Shown here: positions 37,072-45,818 of the stretch, piece by piece | Position numbering within the stretch: the stretch's first letter is position 1 | How the letters are laid out: the number at the start of each line of letters is the position of its first letter | Assembly (NCBI GenBank): GCA_963802505.1 | Contig: CAWDJB010000003.1 | Coordinates: 188,073 to 252,072, forward strand | DNA length: 64,000 nucleotides | Source of the DNA: an uncultured Acidimicrobiales bacterium | GTDB taxonomy: Bacteria > Actinomycetota > Acidimicrobiia > Acidimicrobiales > DATKAS01 | Direction: 5' to 3' | Program-made: the position numbers and the translations under genes | Notes under the pieces: generated by a model | The model's database searches: none | Told to the model about the DNA's origin: nothing | What the model saw: the letters and a program-made list of their open reading frames with translations, nothing else

Positions 37072-37956
37072 ATGGGGGCTCTCGAAGGACGCGTTGCCAT
37101 CATCACGGGCGCGGGGCGCGGCATCGGTCGCGAGCACGCGCTGCTCTTCGCGGCCGAGGGCGCGAAGGTCGTCGTCAACGATCTCGGCGGCAATCCCGAC
37201 GGCACGGGCGGCGACAAGACCCCCGCCGAAGAGGTCGTCAGCGAGATCAAGGACATGGGCGGCGAGGCGATCTCGAACGGCGACAACGTCGCGAGCTGGG
37301 AGGGTGGCCAGCGCATGGTCAACTCCGCGATCGAGGCGTTCGGCACGCTCGACATCCTCGTGAACAACGCCGGCATCCTGCGCGACCGGGTGCTCGTCAA
37401 CATGACCGAGGAAGAGTGGGATGCCGTCGTGGCCGTCCACCTCAAGGGGCACTTCGTGCCGACGCGCTGGGCCGCTGCCTACTGGCGGGAGCGGGTGAAG
37501 GCGGGGGAGACGGTCACCGCGAACGTCGTGAACACGTCGTCGACCTCAGGCCTGCTCTCGAATCCCGGCCAGACGAACTACGGCGCGGCGAAGTCGGGCA
37601 TCGCGACCTTCACGCAGATCGCGGCGAAGGAGCTGTCGCGCTACGGGGTGAAGGTGAACTGCATCGCGCCCGCGGCGCGCACTCGCCTCACTGAAGCGAC
37701 CCCCGGCCTCGGCGACATCATCAAGGCGCCTGACGACCCGGGCTCGTTCGACATCTGGGATCCCGCGAACATCTCGCCGCTCGTCGCCTACTTGGCGACC
37801 GCGGATTGCCCGTTCACCGGCGAGACGTTCTTCGTGCAGGGCGGACAGGTGAAGAAGTTCCAGTCGTGGAAGATGGGCGACGGCGTCGAGCAGGACGAAC
37901 GGTGGACGGTCGCCGGCCTGCAGCGCGACCTCAGCAAGCTCGCAGCGACGGACTAG
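37072..37956 (+). CDS. Short-chain dehydrogenase/reductase (3-hydroxyacyl-CoA dehydrogenase / MFE-2-like)
   Basis: TGAGRGIGR, VNDLGG, NNAGILRD and NYGAAK. RBS GAGGAG. Confidence 0.93.
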   Translation: MGALEGRVAIITGAGRGIGREHALLFAAEGAKVVVNDLGGNPDGTGGDKTPAEEVVSEIKDMGGEAISNGDNVASWEGGQRMVNSAIEAFGTLDILVNNAGILRDRVLVNMTEEEWDAVVAVHLKGHFVPTRWAAAYWRERVKAGETVTANVVNTSSTSGLLSNPGQTNYGAAKSGIATFTQIAAKELSRYGVKVNCIAPAARTRLTEATPGLGDIIKAPDDPGSFDIWDPANISPLVAYLATADCPFTGETFFVQGGQVKKFQSWKMGDGVEQDERWTVAGLQRDLSKLAATD

Positions 37957-38091
37957 CGGCGCGGCGGCGCAATGCGCCGCCGGGTGCGCACAGAACCGAT
38001 TGCCGAGCGCAGCGAGAAGGAGCCGTCCGAAACGAAGTGGAGGACGGCGACGAGAATTTCGAGTAGCGCCAACTGTCACAGCGGTTGGGGG

Positions 38092-38145
38092 TTGACCCCC
38101 GACCCAGACCATGTGATGCTCCGAATCAGACTATCTGATTCGGAG
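38092..38145 (+). promoter_or_regulatory. Promoter with a perfect 12-bp inverted repeat operator upstream of the carotenoid oxygenase
   Basis: TTGACC (38092-38097)-N17-GATGCT, followed by CTCCGAATCAGA-CTA-TCTGATTCGGAG (38119-38145), which overlaps the GGAGG RBS. Confidence 0.65.
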
Positions 38146-38151
38146 GTTGCC

Positions 38152-39492
38152 ATGACGATCGTCGAGAACCGGTACCTCACCGGAAACTTCGGCCCGGTCC
38201 ACGAGGAAGTCACCGCGGTCGACCTGCCGGTCACCGGCACGATCCCCGACTCGTTGCGCGGGCGCTTCCTCCGCAACGGCCCGAACCCGGTGAGCGCGGT
38301 CGATCCCGCGACCTATCACTGGTTCGGTGGCGACGGCATGGTGCACGGCGTGCGCCTCGCCGATGGCGCGGCCGACTGGTACCGCAACCGTTGGGTGCGG
38401 GCGGGCGGCGTGATCGACGCGCTCGGCGTGCCCGATCCCGGTGGCGAGATCCACAGCGGAATGGACTTCGCCGCGAACACCAACGTGATCGGCCACGCGG
38501 GCAAGACGCTCGCCATCGTCGAGGCGGGAGGTCGACCGATCGAGCTGAGCTACGAGCTCGACACCCTTCGCCGCGGTGACTTCGACGGCACGCTGCCGAA
38601 CGGGTTCACCGCACATCCCAAGCGTGACCCCGAGACGGGCGAGCTGCACGCGGTCTGCTACTGGTGGGGGCTCGGCAGCCAGGTGCAGTACCTCGTCGTC
38701 GACACCGCCGGCAAGGTCACGAAGGTCGTGCCGATCGAGACGACCGGCGCGCCGATGCTTCACGACATGGGCTTGTCAGAGCGCTACGCGCTCGTGCTCG
38801 ACCTTCCGTGCGTCTTCGACCTCGAGCTCGCGTCGGCGGGTCGGTTCCCCTACAAGTGGGATGAGTCGTATCCGGCTCGTGTCGGCGTCCTGCCGCGCGA
38901 CGGTGGCAACGACGACGTGAAGTGGTTCGAGATCGACCCTTGCTACATCTTCCATCCGATGAACACGTTCGACGACGGCGATCGCGTCGTGTTCGACGCG
39001 GTGCGACACCCGAAGATGTTCGCGACCGAGCTCAACGGTCCGAACGAGGGTCAGCCGATGCTGTGCCGGTGGACGTTCGATCTCTCGAACGGCAAGGTCG
39101 TCGAGGAGCGCTTGGACGATCGCGGGCAGGAGTTCCCGCGCCACGACGAGCGGCGCATCGGCAAGCCGTATCGCTACGGCTACGTGCTCGCCTCTGATCC
39201 CGGGCTCGTCGCGCGGGGGATCCTCAAGCACGACCTCCACGCGGGAACGACGGTGGAGCACGACTTCGGCGCAGGAACGCACGCGGCGGAGCCGGTGTTC
39301 GTGCCGGCGAGCGACGACGCGGCCGAGGACGACGGGTACGTCATGACGTTCGTCTACGACGAGCAGACCGACCGCAGCGACCTCGTCATCCTCCACGCGC
39401 AGGACTTCGCCGGCGACCCCGTCGCCTCGGTGCACCTCCCGCAGCGCGTGCCCTACGGGTTCCACGGCAACTGGGTGCCCGACCCCGCCTGA
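38152..39492 (+). CDS. Carotenoid/lignostilbene cleavage oxygenase family protein
   Basis: LRNGPNP, HWFGGDGMVHG, four Fe-ligand His (TAHPK, MLHD, IFHP, GFHG) and EPVFVP. Confidence 0.94.
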   Translation: MTIVENRYLTGNFGPVHEEVTAVDLPVTGTIPDSLRGRFLRNGPNPVSAVDPATYHWFGGDGMVHGVRLADGAADWYRNRWVRAGGVIDALGVPDPGGEIHSGMDFAANTNVIGHAGKTLAIVEAGGRPIELSYELDTLRRGDFDGTLPNGFTAHPKRDPETGELHAVCYWWGLGSQVQYLVVDTAGKVTKVVPIETTGAPMLHDMGLSERYALVLDLPCVFDLELASAGRFPYKWDESYPARVGVLPRDGGNDDVKWFEIDPCYIFHPMNTFDDGDRVVFDAVRHPKMFATELNGPNEGQPMLCRWTFDLSNGKVVEERLDDRGQEFPRHDERRIGKPYRYGYVLASDPGLVARGILKHDLHAGTTVEHDFGAGTHAAEPVFVPASDDAAEDDGYVMTFVYDEQTDRSDLVILHAQDFAGDPVASVHLPQRVPYGFHGNWVPDPA

Positions 39493-39504
39493 CCCGCTGA
39501 CCGA

Positions 39505-39545
39505 TTGAGCGACCAGAGGCTCCTCACGGGACCTCTGGCGCTCAA
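39505..39545. terminator. Hairpin between convergent genes
   Basis: TTGAGCG-A-CCAGAGG...CCTCTGG-CGCTCAA. Confidence 0.55.
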
Positions 39546-40279
39546 ACGGTGCGGCGGACGATCCAGATCTCCTCGGCGGGCCACCTGGTGGCCCACTCGA
39601 TCGAGGCGTACCACGGGTAGCTCGTCGTGGCGTCGGGCGCGGGCTGCAGCTCGATGAGGTCGTCGACGACGAGACCGTGCTGGCGGAAGAGGCGGATCCA
39701 CTCGCCGTGGGGGAGCACGAAGTCGACCGACTCGCCGTCGGTGACCCGCTTCATGCCGAACGCGTCGCGGTGCAACGCCGTCGTCAGCTGCCACTCGTCG
39801 TCGAGGCACATGACGCGCAGCGGCGTCGTGTGACAGAAGACGAGCCGCCCACCCGGGCGCAACACTCGTGCGACCTCGGGCACGCTCCTGTCCGGATCGG
39901 CGAACGTCATCGCGCCGTGGTCGCAGAACACGACGTCGAAGGAGGCCGGAGCGACCGGGATCGCCTCCGCACTGGCCTGCAGGAACGGCACGCCCGACGA
40001 CGCGCTCGCGGCGTGCCGAAGCTGCGCCGCGGAGAGGTCGAGACCCATGACTCGCACACCGAGCGCGGCGAGTGCGATCGACCACTGCCCGCCGCCGCAG
40101 CCGAGCTCGAGCACGTCGAGACCCGCGAGGTCGCCGAGCGCGCCGACATCTGACTCGGGGATGCGCCACGTTCCCCACGCGAGCGGCGCGGCTTCGAGCT
40201 CGGCTGCATGCTCGGTCTGGTACTCCGCGCTCGTCGACTCCCAGAACTGACGGTTGAGCTGTTCGTCTCCCCGGGCCAC
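39542..40279 (-). CDS. Class I SAM-dependent methyltransferase
   Basis: VLELGCGGG, GLDLS, SFDVVF and VARVLRPGG. Confidence 0.92.
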   Translation of the reverse strand: MARGDEQLNRQFWESTSAEYQTEHAAELEAAPLAWGTWRIPESDVGALGDLAGLDVLELGCGGGQWSIALAALGVRVMGLDLSAAQLRHAASASSGVPFLQASAEAIPVAPASFDVVFCDHGAMTFADPDRSVPEVARVLRPGGRLVFCHTTPLRVMCLDDEWQLTTALHRDAFGMKRVTDGESVDFVLPHGEWIRLFRQHGLVVDDLIELQPAPDATTSYPWYASIEWATRWPAEEIWIVRRTV

Positions 40280-40280
40280 G

Positions 40281-40305
40281 AAGCGACCCTACGTTAGGGT
40301 CGCTT
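40281..40305. promoter_or_regulatory. 11-bp perfect inverted repeat containing two divergent TAGGGT -10 boxes
   Basis: AAGCGACCCTA-CGT-TAGGGTCGCTT fills most of the 30-nt gap between the divergent starts at 40279 and 40310. Confidence 0.65.
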
Positions 40306-40309
40306 GCCG

Positions 40310-41827
40310 ATGGAGCAGGACACTCGCCCCTCATCGCGAGAACTGCATCCTGCGGGCAAGGAAGGCCATCAGCCCGATCTCGTGATCGACGCGTCGGGTC
40401 TCGACGAAGTCAGCGTCGTCCCGTGGCCGCTCATGCTGCGGCACCGAGTCGTCTCTCGAGTCGAGGCGAGTCATCGCTACCCGTGGCTCATCCTCTGGAC
40501 GGCGCTCTTCGGTCTCTTCACGGTCGGCTTCACCGTCACGCTGCTCGCGGTCTCGATCCCGACGATCGCAGATGACCTCGGCGCGAGTCAGTCGACGCTG
40601 GCGTGGGTCATCACCGGCCCGCTGCTCGCGTACGCCGTCGTCGGCCCGACCCTCGGGAAGGCCGGCGACCTGTGGGGATACAAGCGCGTGTATCTCATCG
40701 GACTCGCGGGTGCGGGCGTCTTCGCCGGCTGCGTCGCCTTCGCCTGGGACGCGCCGTCGCTCATCCTGTTCCGTGTCCTCGGTGCGGGCATCGGCGCCGC
40801 GACCGGGCCGGCCTCGATGGCGATGCTCAACCGGGTCTTCGAGCCCGAGGAGCGGGTGAAGGCCCTCGGCTACTGGTCGTTCGTGAGTGCGGGGGCCCCG
40901 GTGCTCGGCGTCGTGGTCGGCGCACCGGTGGTCGAGGCATTCGGGTGGAGATGGGTGTTCGCGGCGCAGGTGCCGCTCTGCCTCATCGGCTTCGTGGTCG
41001 CCCTCGCGATCCTGCCCGAGACCGAGCGGCAGAAGGGGGTGCGCTTCGACATACCGGGAGCCGTGCTGCTCGCAGTGTCGATCACCAGCCTGCTCTTCGG
41101 GCTCAACCGCGGCGCCGCGTGGGGATGGTCGAACACCGTCGTCATCGTCACGCTCGCGCTCTGCCCGATCACGATGGCCGCCTTCATCGCGTACGAGCGC
41201 CGCGCGTCCGATCCGCTACTTCCGCTTGCCTACTTCAAGGAGCGGAACTTCGCCGCGCCGATCGCGGTGCAGTTCTTCACCAACTTCGCGTACATGGGCG
41301 GCTTCATCCTCACGCCGCTGCTGCTCGCGGACGGCCTCGGCTACGGGACGACGAAGGTCGGGTTGCTCTCGATCTTCCGGCCGCTCGCCTTCGCGCTGAC
41401 CGGTCCTGCGGCGGGCTACCTCTGCGGACGGTTCGGCATCAGGAGGATGGGAGTCGCGGGCTCGCTCTTCGTGTCGGCCTCGATGGTGGCGCTCTCCGCG
41501 GTGGGGGAGGGCTCGACCTACGCGTACATCATCTTCGCTCTGGTGCTGTCGGGCATCGGGCTCGGCGCGTCGTCACCCGCGATGGCGGCCACGATCGCGA
41601 ACGTCGTCGACGAGGCTGACTTCGGCGTCGCGGGTGCGACGCAACAGCTCGCCGCGCAGGTGGGTGTCGTCGCGGGCATCCAGATCATGCAGACAGTGCA
41701 GGAGTCACGCGCCACGGCCGACGGTCTCATCGGCTCGTACGGGGATGCCTATCTGGTCGGCGCAGGTGTCGCCGCCGTTGGCGCGGTCTGCGCGCTCTTC
41801 ATCAGGCGGGGATTCCGCCCCGCCTGA
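40310..41827 (+). CDS. MFS transporter, DHA2 (14-TM) family
   Basis: GKAGDLWGYKR, GWRWVF, FDIPGAVLL and DPLLPL motifs. Confidence 0.9.
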   Translation: MEQDTRPSSRELHPAGKEGHQPDLVIDASGLDEVSVVPWPLMLRHRVVSRVEASHRYPWLILWTALFGLFTVGFTVTLLAVSIPTIADDLGASQSTLAWVITGPLLAYAVVGPTLGKAGDLWGYKRVYLIGLAGAGVFAGCVAFAWDAPSLILFRVLGAGIGAATGPASMAMLNRVFEPEERVKALGYWSFVSAGAPVLGVVVGAPVVEAFGWRWVFAAQVPLCLIGFVVALAILPETERQKGVRFDIPGAVLLAVSITSLLFGLNRGAAWGWSNTVVIVTLALCPITMAAFIAYERRASDPLLPLAYFKERNFAAPIAVQFFTNFAYMGGFILTPLLLADGLGYGTTKVGLLSIFRPLAFALTGPAAGYLCGRFGIRRMGVAGSLFVSASMVALSAVGEGSTYAYIIFALVLSGIGLGASSPAMAATIANVVDEADFGVAGATQQLAAQVGVVAGIQIMQTVQESRATADGLIGSYGDAYLVGAGVAAVGAVCALFIRRGFRPA

Positions 41828-41865
41828 CGGCGGGGCGGTCATCTCCTTTCTCGTGAGGAGATGAC

Positions 41866-42267
41866 CTAGGCGGTCATCTCCTTGATCTCGTCGTTGATCT
41901 TCTTCGACGCCTCGTCGGTGCCCATGCCCTGGAGGCTCATGAGCTTCATCATGTCGCCCTGCACCTTGACCTTGCCGCTCATGAACGCCTGCATCGCCGC
42001 TGCTGCATCCTGGTCGACCATCTGCTTCTTGGCGACGTCGTACGGCAGGGTGATGGTGACCTCGGCGTCGGGCAGCTCGCCCTTGTCTATGACCAGCTCG
42101 CCGGACGAGGTGTCCATGAACATCTTGATCTCGCCGCCGCCGGGAGCATCGGTGATGACCTGGTTCATCTTGATGCTCGAGGCGATCTTGGGCACGTCGG
42201 CCGCGTGCTTGTGGCGGATCGCCTTTGCGGCCTCGATCCAATCGTCGCTCAGGAACTCGTGTGCCAC
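41866..42267 (-). CDS. SCP2 sterol/lipid-binding domain protein
   Basis: FLSDDW...AMQAFMSGKVKVQGDMMKLM. Confidence 0.88.
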   Translation of the reverse strand: MAHEFLSDDWIEAAKAIRHKHAADVPKIASSIKMNQVITDAPGGGEIKMFMDTSSGELVIDKGELPDAEVTITLPYDVAKKQMVDQDAAAAMQAFMSGKVKVQGDMMKLMSLQGMGTDEASKKINDEIKEMTA

Positions 42268-42317
42268 TGTGCTGGCTCCCTTGTTGGTGTCGTTCGGACG
42301 GTGACGCGGGCGGCACG

Positions 42318-42989
42318 CTACCGCAGCGTGCTGGCAGCGGGAATCGGGGCGGACCGTCGCTCCGACCGGCCCGCGATCTCGTCGTCGGCCGCGAGGCTTC
42401 GAACGACGAACCTTCCGACGACGTCGGCGATCTCGTCGGGCGTCGCGCCCAGCCTGCCGGTGCGTTGGAAGTGGCTGTAGGTCGAGACGACACCGACGAC
42501 GCCGTAGGCCATGAGCGTCGGGTCGTCGTCACGGACGAGACCGAGATCGATGCCCTCGCGGATGAGCGCAGCCACGTCGTGCGCGTGCACTTCGGTTCCT
42601 TGCCGCAGCAGCTCGGTCCACGTCTGATCGCGGTTCTCGACTTCGAGCAGCGAGAAGAACGGAGCATGGCCGGCCATGAACCGGAGCGACGCCTCGGCTC
42701 CCTGTCGGAGGCGAACCAGGGGATCGGCACTCGGATCCATCGCGTCGGACTGGGCACGGCGGAGACGCAACCGCATGCTCGTGACGAGCTCGGCGAAGAG
42801 CGCTTCCTTGTTCTCGAAGTACCAATAGAAGAGGCCCTTCGCGACGCCGGCGGCCTCGCAGATGTCGACCACGCGGGTGTCCGCGTAACCCCGCCTCGAG
42901 AACAGGTCCGCGGCATGGTCGAGCAGCTGCTGCTTGCGTTCGCGCCCCTGCTCGGTGAGGCGGCGACCATCGGACCAACTCGTGTCCAC
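42318..42989 (-). CDS. TetR/AcrR family transcriptional regulator
   Basis: LLDHAADLFSRRGYADTRVVDICEAAGVAKGLFYWYFENKEAL HTH. Start at GTG 42989. Confidence 0.93.
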   Translation of the reverse strand: MDTSWSDGRRLTEQGRERKQQLLDHAADLFSRRGYADTRVVDICEAAGVAKGLFYWYFENKEALFAELVTSMRLRLRRAQSDAMDPSADPLVRLRQGAEASLRFMAGHAPFFSLLEVENRDQTWTELLRQGTEVHAHDVAALIREGIDLGLVRDDDPTLMAYGVVGVVSTYSHFQRTGRLGATPDEIADVVGRFVVRSLAADDEIAGRSERRSAPIPAASTLR

Positions 42990-43010
42990 ACCGTCAGGTA
43001 ACCAGCATCC

Positions 43011-43024
43011 TGACCGGCGGGTCA
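43011..43024. promoter_or_regulatory. TGACC-N4-GGTCA palindrome (candidate TetR operator)
   Basis: Lies between the divergent tetR and ferredoxin starts. The same motif occurs at 59993-60006. Confidence 0.6.
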
Positions 43025-43053
43025 ATGGTGCTGGGCAGGTAGAGTCGCCGGGC

Positions 43054-43368
43054 GTGGCAGCCACATCGCGGGTCGAGCGAGTCGAGACGCGGACCCGCAA
43101 CCCGAAGTGGAAGAACCACCCGCTCCGGATCGAGATGTCCGAGTGCATCAATTGCGATGCGTGCTTGCGCCATTGCCCGACGCAATTCGGTGCGATCTTC
43201 AACCACGGCGTCGACGTCGTGATCATCCCCGAGCTGTGCTCCGGCTGCGACAAGTGCCTGCCCGCGTGCCCGGTCGACTGCATCTACCCGTTCCCCGAGT
43301 GGGAGCAGGCCGGCTACCCAGCGGAGTGGTGGGCGGAGCCCCTCTCCGCCAACGATCCCTACAAGTGA
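43054..43368 (+). CDS. 2[4Fe-4S] dicluster ferredoxin
   Basis: CINCDACLRHCP and CSGCDKCLPACP. TAGAGT 8 nt before the GTG. Confidence 0.9.
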   Translation: MAATSRVERVETRTRNPKWKNHPLRIEMSECINCDACLRHCPTQFGAIFNHGVDVVIIPELCSGCDKCLPACPVDCIYPFPEWEQAGYPAEWWAEPLSANDPYK

Positions 43369-43383
43369 ACGATCCCTACAAGT
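43351..43383 (+). repeat. Tandem 16-bp direct repeat duplicating the ferredoxin 3' end
   Basis: AACGATCCCTACAAGT-G-AACGATCCCTACAAGT. Confidence 0.85.
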
Positions 43384-43395
43384 AGGAGTCTGTTG

Positions 43396-44154
43396 ATGCC
43401 CGAGATCCTTCCCGGCGCCGACGCGTGGTCGACTGACGGAGCTGGCCCCGGCTCGCCCGGTGCGCTGTGCATCCACGGCTTCACGGGCAACCCCACTTCG
43501 ATGCGACCCGTCGCCGAAGCCTTCGCCGCCGCAGGATTCGCGGTCGAGCTCCCGCGCCTCCCCGGTCACGGCACGACGGTCGACGACATGCTCACGACGT
43601 CGTGGGACGACTGGTCGGCCGAGGCCGAGGCCGCCTACCAACGCATCGCCGCGCGTGCGAGCAAGGTCGTCGTCGCCGGACTGTCGATGGGCGGCACGCT
43701 GACCGTGTGGCTCGCGGAGAACCATCCGGAGATCGCGGGCATCGTCGCGATCAACGCCGCCGTCGCGCCCCAGGCCCCCGAGATCGTCGAGATGGTGAAG
43801 GGAATGGTCGACGAAGGCCAGACCCTCATGCCGGGCATCGGCTCCGACATCGCGAAGCCCGGCGTCATCGAGTCTGCCTATGAGGGCACGCCGTTGAAGC
43901 CGCTTCTCTCGCTCATCGGCGCGGCGGAAGGCGTGAGCGAACGTCTCGGCGATGTCACGTGCGCCGTGCTGATCATGACGAGCCCGAACGACCACGTGGT
44001 CGATCCCAGCGCGTCAGATCTGCTCGCCGAGAAGGTGAGTGGCCCCGTCGAGCGCGTCACGCTCGAGCGGAGCTTCCACGTCGCGACGGTCGACTACGAC
44101 GCCGAGCTGATCCAGCAGCGAGCCGTCGAGTTCGGAAAGAAGGTCACGGCGTAG
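43396..44154 (+). CDS. Carboxylesterase / monoacylglycerol lipase-like alpha/beta hydrolase
   Basis: IHGFTG, LPGHG, GLSMGG, DHVV and SFHVATVD. Confidence 0.9.
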   Translation: MPEILPGADAWSTDGAGPGSPGALCIHGFTGNPTSMRPVAEAFAAAGFAVELPRLPGHGTTVDDMLTTSWDDWSAEAEAAYQRIAARASKVVVAGLSMGGTLTVWLAENHPEIAGIVAINAAVAPQAPEIVEMVKGMVDEGQTLMPGIGSDIAKPGVIESAYEGTPLKPLLSLIGAAEGVSERLGDVTCAVLIMTSPNDHVVDPSASDLLAEKVSGPVERVTLERSFHVATVDYDAELIQQRAVEFGKKVTA

Positions 44155-44177
44155 CGCGCAGCCTCAGACGTGCAGCA

Positions 44178-44855
44178 TCAGACGGAGAAGCCGCTGATTG
44201 CGTCGCCGATCAGCTTCACACCGATGATGACGAGGATCACGGCCATGATCGCTGCGTTGTGGCGCCCCATCCAGGCCTTCAAGTCAGCGAGGATGCCGGC
44301 GGCCTTGTCACCCATCGCGAAGTAGATGACGATCGGCGCGGCCACACCGATCGTCGCGATGAGGATGAAGATCGCCCACGCGATCGCCTGGTCGCCCCCC
44401 GAGATGTCGGTCTGTGCGATCGCAGCGGCGCCGCCGACGATCAGAATCAGGTTCTTCGGGTTCACGACGCTGACCACCACACCGAGGCCCGCCGACTTCG
44501 CTGGGGTGAACCCCTCGACCGCGTCCATCCACTTCGGCATCGGCGCGTCTTCGCCCGGCCCCGGCCGGCCCCGCCACTGCTTCACTGCGAGGCCGACGAG
44601 GAGGAGCCCGAGGACGAGCTTGAGCGTGCTCGTCGAGTCAGACGGTGCCCCGTTGTCGGTGGGGTCCGAGCTCCCGACCACCGCAAGCAGGATCGCTCCC
44701 GCCACCGCCATCGCGACGATCCAGCCGACGAGGAACGAGAGGCTGTCTGACTTCGCGTTCTGCGTCCCGAGCATGAGCACGATCGCCACGATCGGAATCG
44801 GGCTGATGGCGATGCCGACCGCGAACGGCAGCATCTGGCCGATGGCGTCGCCCAT
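44178..44855 (-). CDS. GAP family (Sap/DUF2910-like) membrane protein
   Basis: AVGIAISPIPI, PMPKWM, VNPKNL and WMGRHNAAIM. About 6 TM helices. Confidence 0.82.
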   Translation of the reverse strand: MGDAIGQMLPFAVGIAISPIPIVAIVLMLGTQNAKSDSLSFLVGWIVAMAVAGAILLAVVGSSDPTDNGAPSDSTSTLKLVLGLLLVGLAVKQWRGRPGPGEDAPMPKWMDAVEGFTPAKSAGLGVVVSVVNPKNLILIVGGAAAIAQTDISGGDQAIAWAIFILIATIGVAAPIVIYFAMGDKAAGILADLKAWMGRHNAAIMAVILVIIGVKLIGDAISGFSV

Positions 44856-44915
44856 GAGGGCGAGACCGTATCCCGCGCGGGCTCGTGGCGACTCGGGCTC
44901 TAGCGTTTGCGCCTG

Positions 44916-45761
44916 ATGCTGTCGATGCTCGCCTCCATCCCGAGCCCGAGCTCGAACGCGATCCACATCGGGGGGCTGCAGCTCCACGCGTACGGCCTGA
45001 TGATCGCGCTCGGCGTCGTGGCCGCGGTGTGGCTGGCGAACAAGCGGTGGGTCGCTGCGGGCGGCAGCCCGGACGACATGTCGGCGATCGCGATCGTGGC
45101 CGTGCCCGCGGGCGTCGTCGGTGCCCGGCTGTACCACGTGATCACCGACTGGCGTCGATTCACGGACCAACCGCTCAAGGCCTTCTACATCTGGCAGGGC
45201 GGTCTCGGCATCTGGGGCGCGATCGCGCTCGGTGCGGTCGGCGCGATCTGGGTCGCGCGGCGACGCGGCATACCGATCGGTCCGCTTGCCGACGCGATTG
45301 CACCCGCGCTCCCACTCGCCCAGGCGTTCGGACGGTTAGGCAATTGGTTCAACCAAGAGCTGTTCGGGAAACCGACAACGCTGCCGTGGGGGTTGCGCAT
45401 CGACCTCGCGCACCGGCCGCCTGGGTACACGCAGTTCGAGACGTTCCACCCGACGTTTCTCTACGAAGCGCTCTGGTGCCTCATCTTGTGTGTCGGCTTG
45501 ATTGCGATCGGGAAGCGGTTCGGCAACAGGTTGAAGGCCGGAAGCCTCTTTTGGATCTACGTTGCGGGTTACACGTTCGTTCGCTTCTTCATCGAGCGGA
45601 TCCGCATCGACGAGGCTTCGCGCTTGTGGGGCCTACGCGTCAACGAGTGGGTGAGCGCGGTCGTGTTCTTAGCGGCAGTGGCGATCCTCGTGGTGATGAA
45701 CCTCCACGAGCCCGACCTGCAGCGCGAGGAAGAGGAACCAGAGGCGGCAACCGCGCAGTAG
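44916..45761 (+). CDS. lgt: Prolipoprotein diacylglyceryl transferase
   Basis: HAYGLMI, GARLYHVIT, GGLGIWG, GRLGNWFNQELFGKPT and HPTFLYE. Confidence 0.95.
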   Translation: MLSMLASIPSPSSNAIHIGGLQLHAYGLMIALGVVAAVWLANKRWVAAGGSPDDMSAIAIVAVPAGVVGARLYHVITDWRRFTDQPLKAFYIWQGGLGIWGAIALGAVGAIWVARRRGIPIGPLADAIAPALPLAQAFGRLGNWFNQELFGKPTTLPWGLRIDLAHRPPGYTQFETFHPTFLYEALWCLILCVGLIAIGKRFGNRLKAGSLFWIYVAGYTFVRFFIERIRIDEASRLWGLRVNEWVSAVVFLAAVAILVVMNLHEPDLQREEEEPEAATAQ

Positions 45762-45818
45762 CCTGCCTCTGATCGTCTGGGTGGACGTGGGGACGCCGCC
45801 CAACGAAGTGGGGGATGC

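Noticed and set aside
41862-41876. TGACC-N5-GGTCA as a third copy of the candidate TetR operator
   Set aside because: Wrong spacer length, located at convergent 3' ends, and explained by the local repeat triplet.
42318-43283. 321-aa TetR with a long N-terminal extension; likewise extended starts for glpX, GAP, murA, gatB and the carotenoid oxygenase
   Set aside because: The extensions overlap genuine neighbouring genes or promoters. Shorter starts fit RBS or -10 positions.
43351-43383. Possible CRISPR-like or att repeat array
   Set aside because: Only two adjacent 16-bp copies with no spacer, and no cas or integrase gene in the window.
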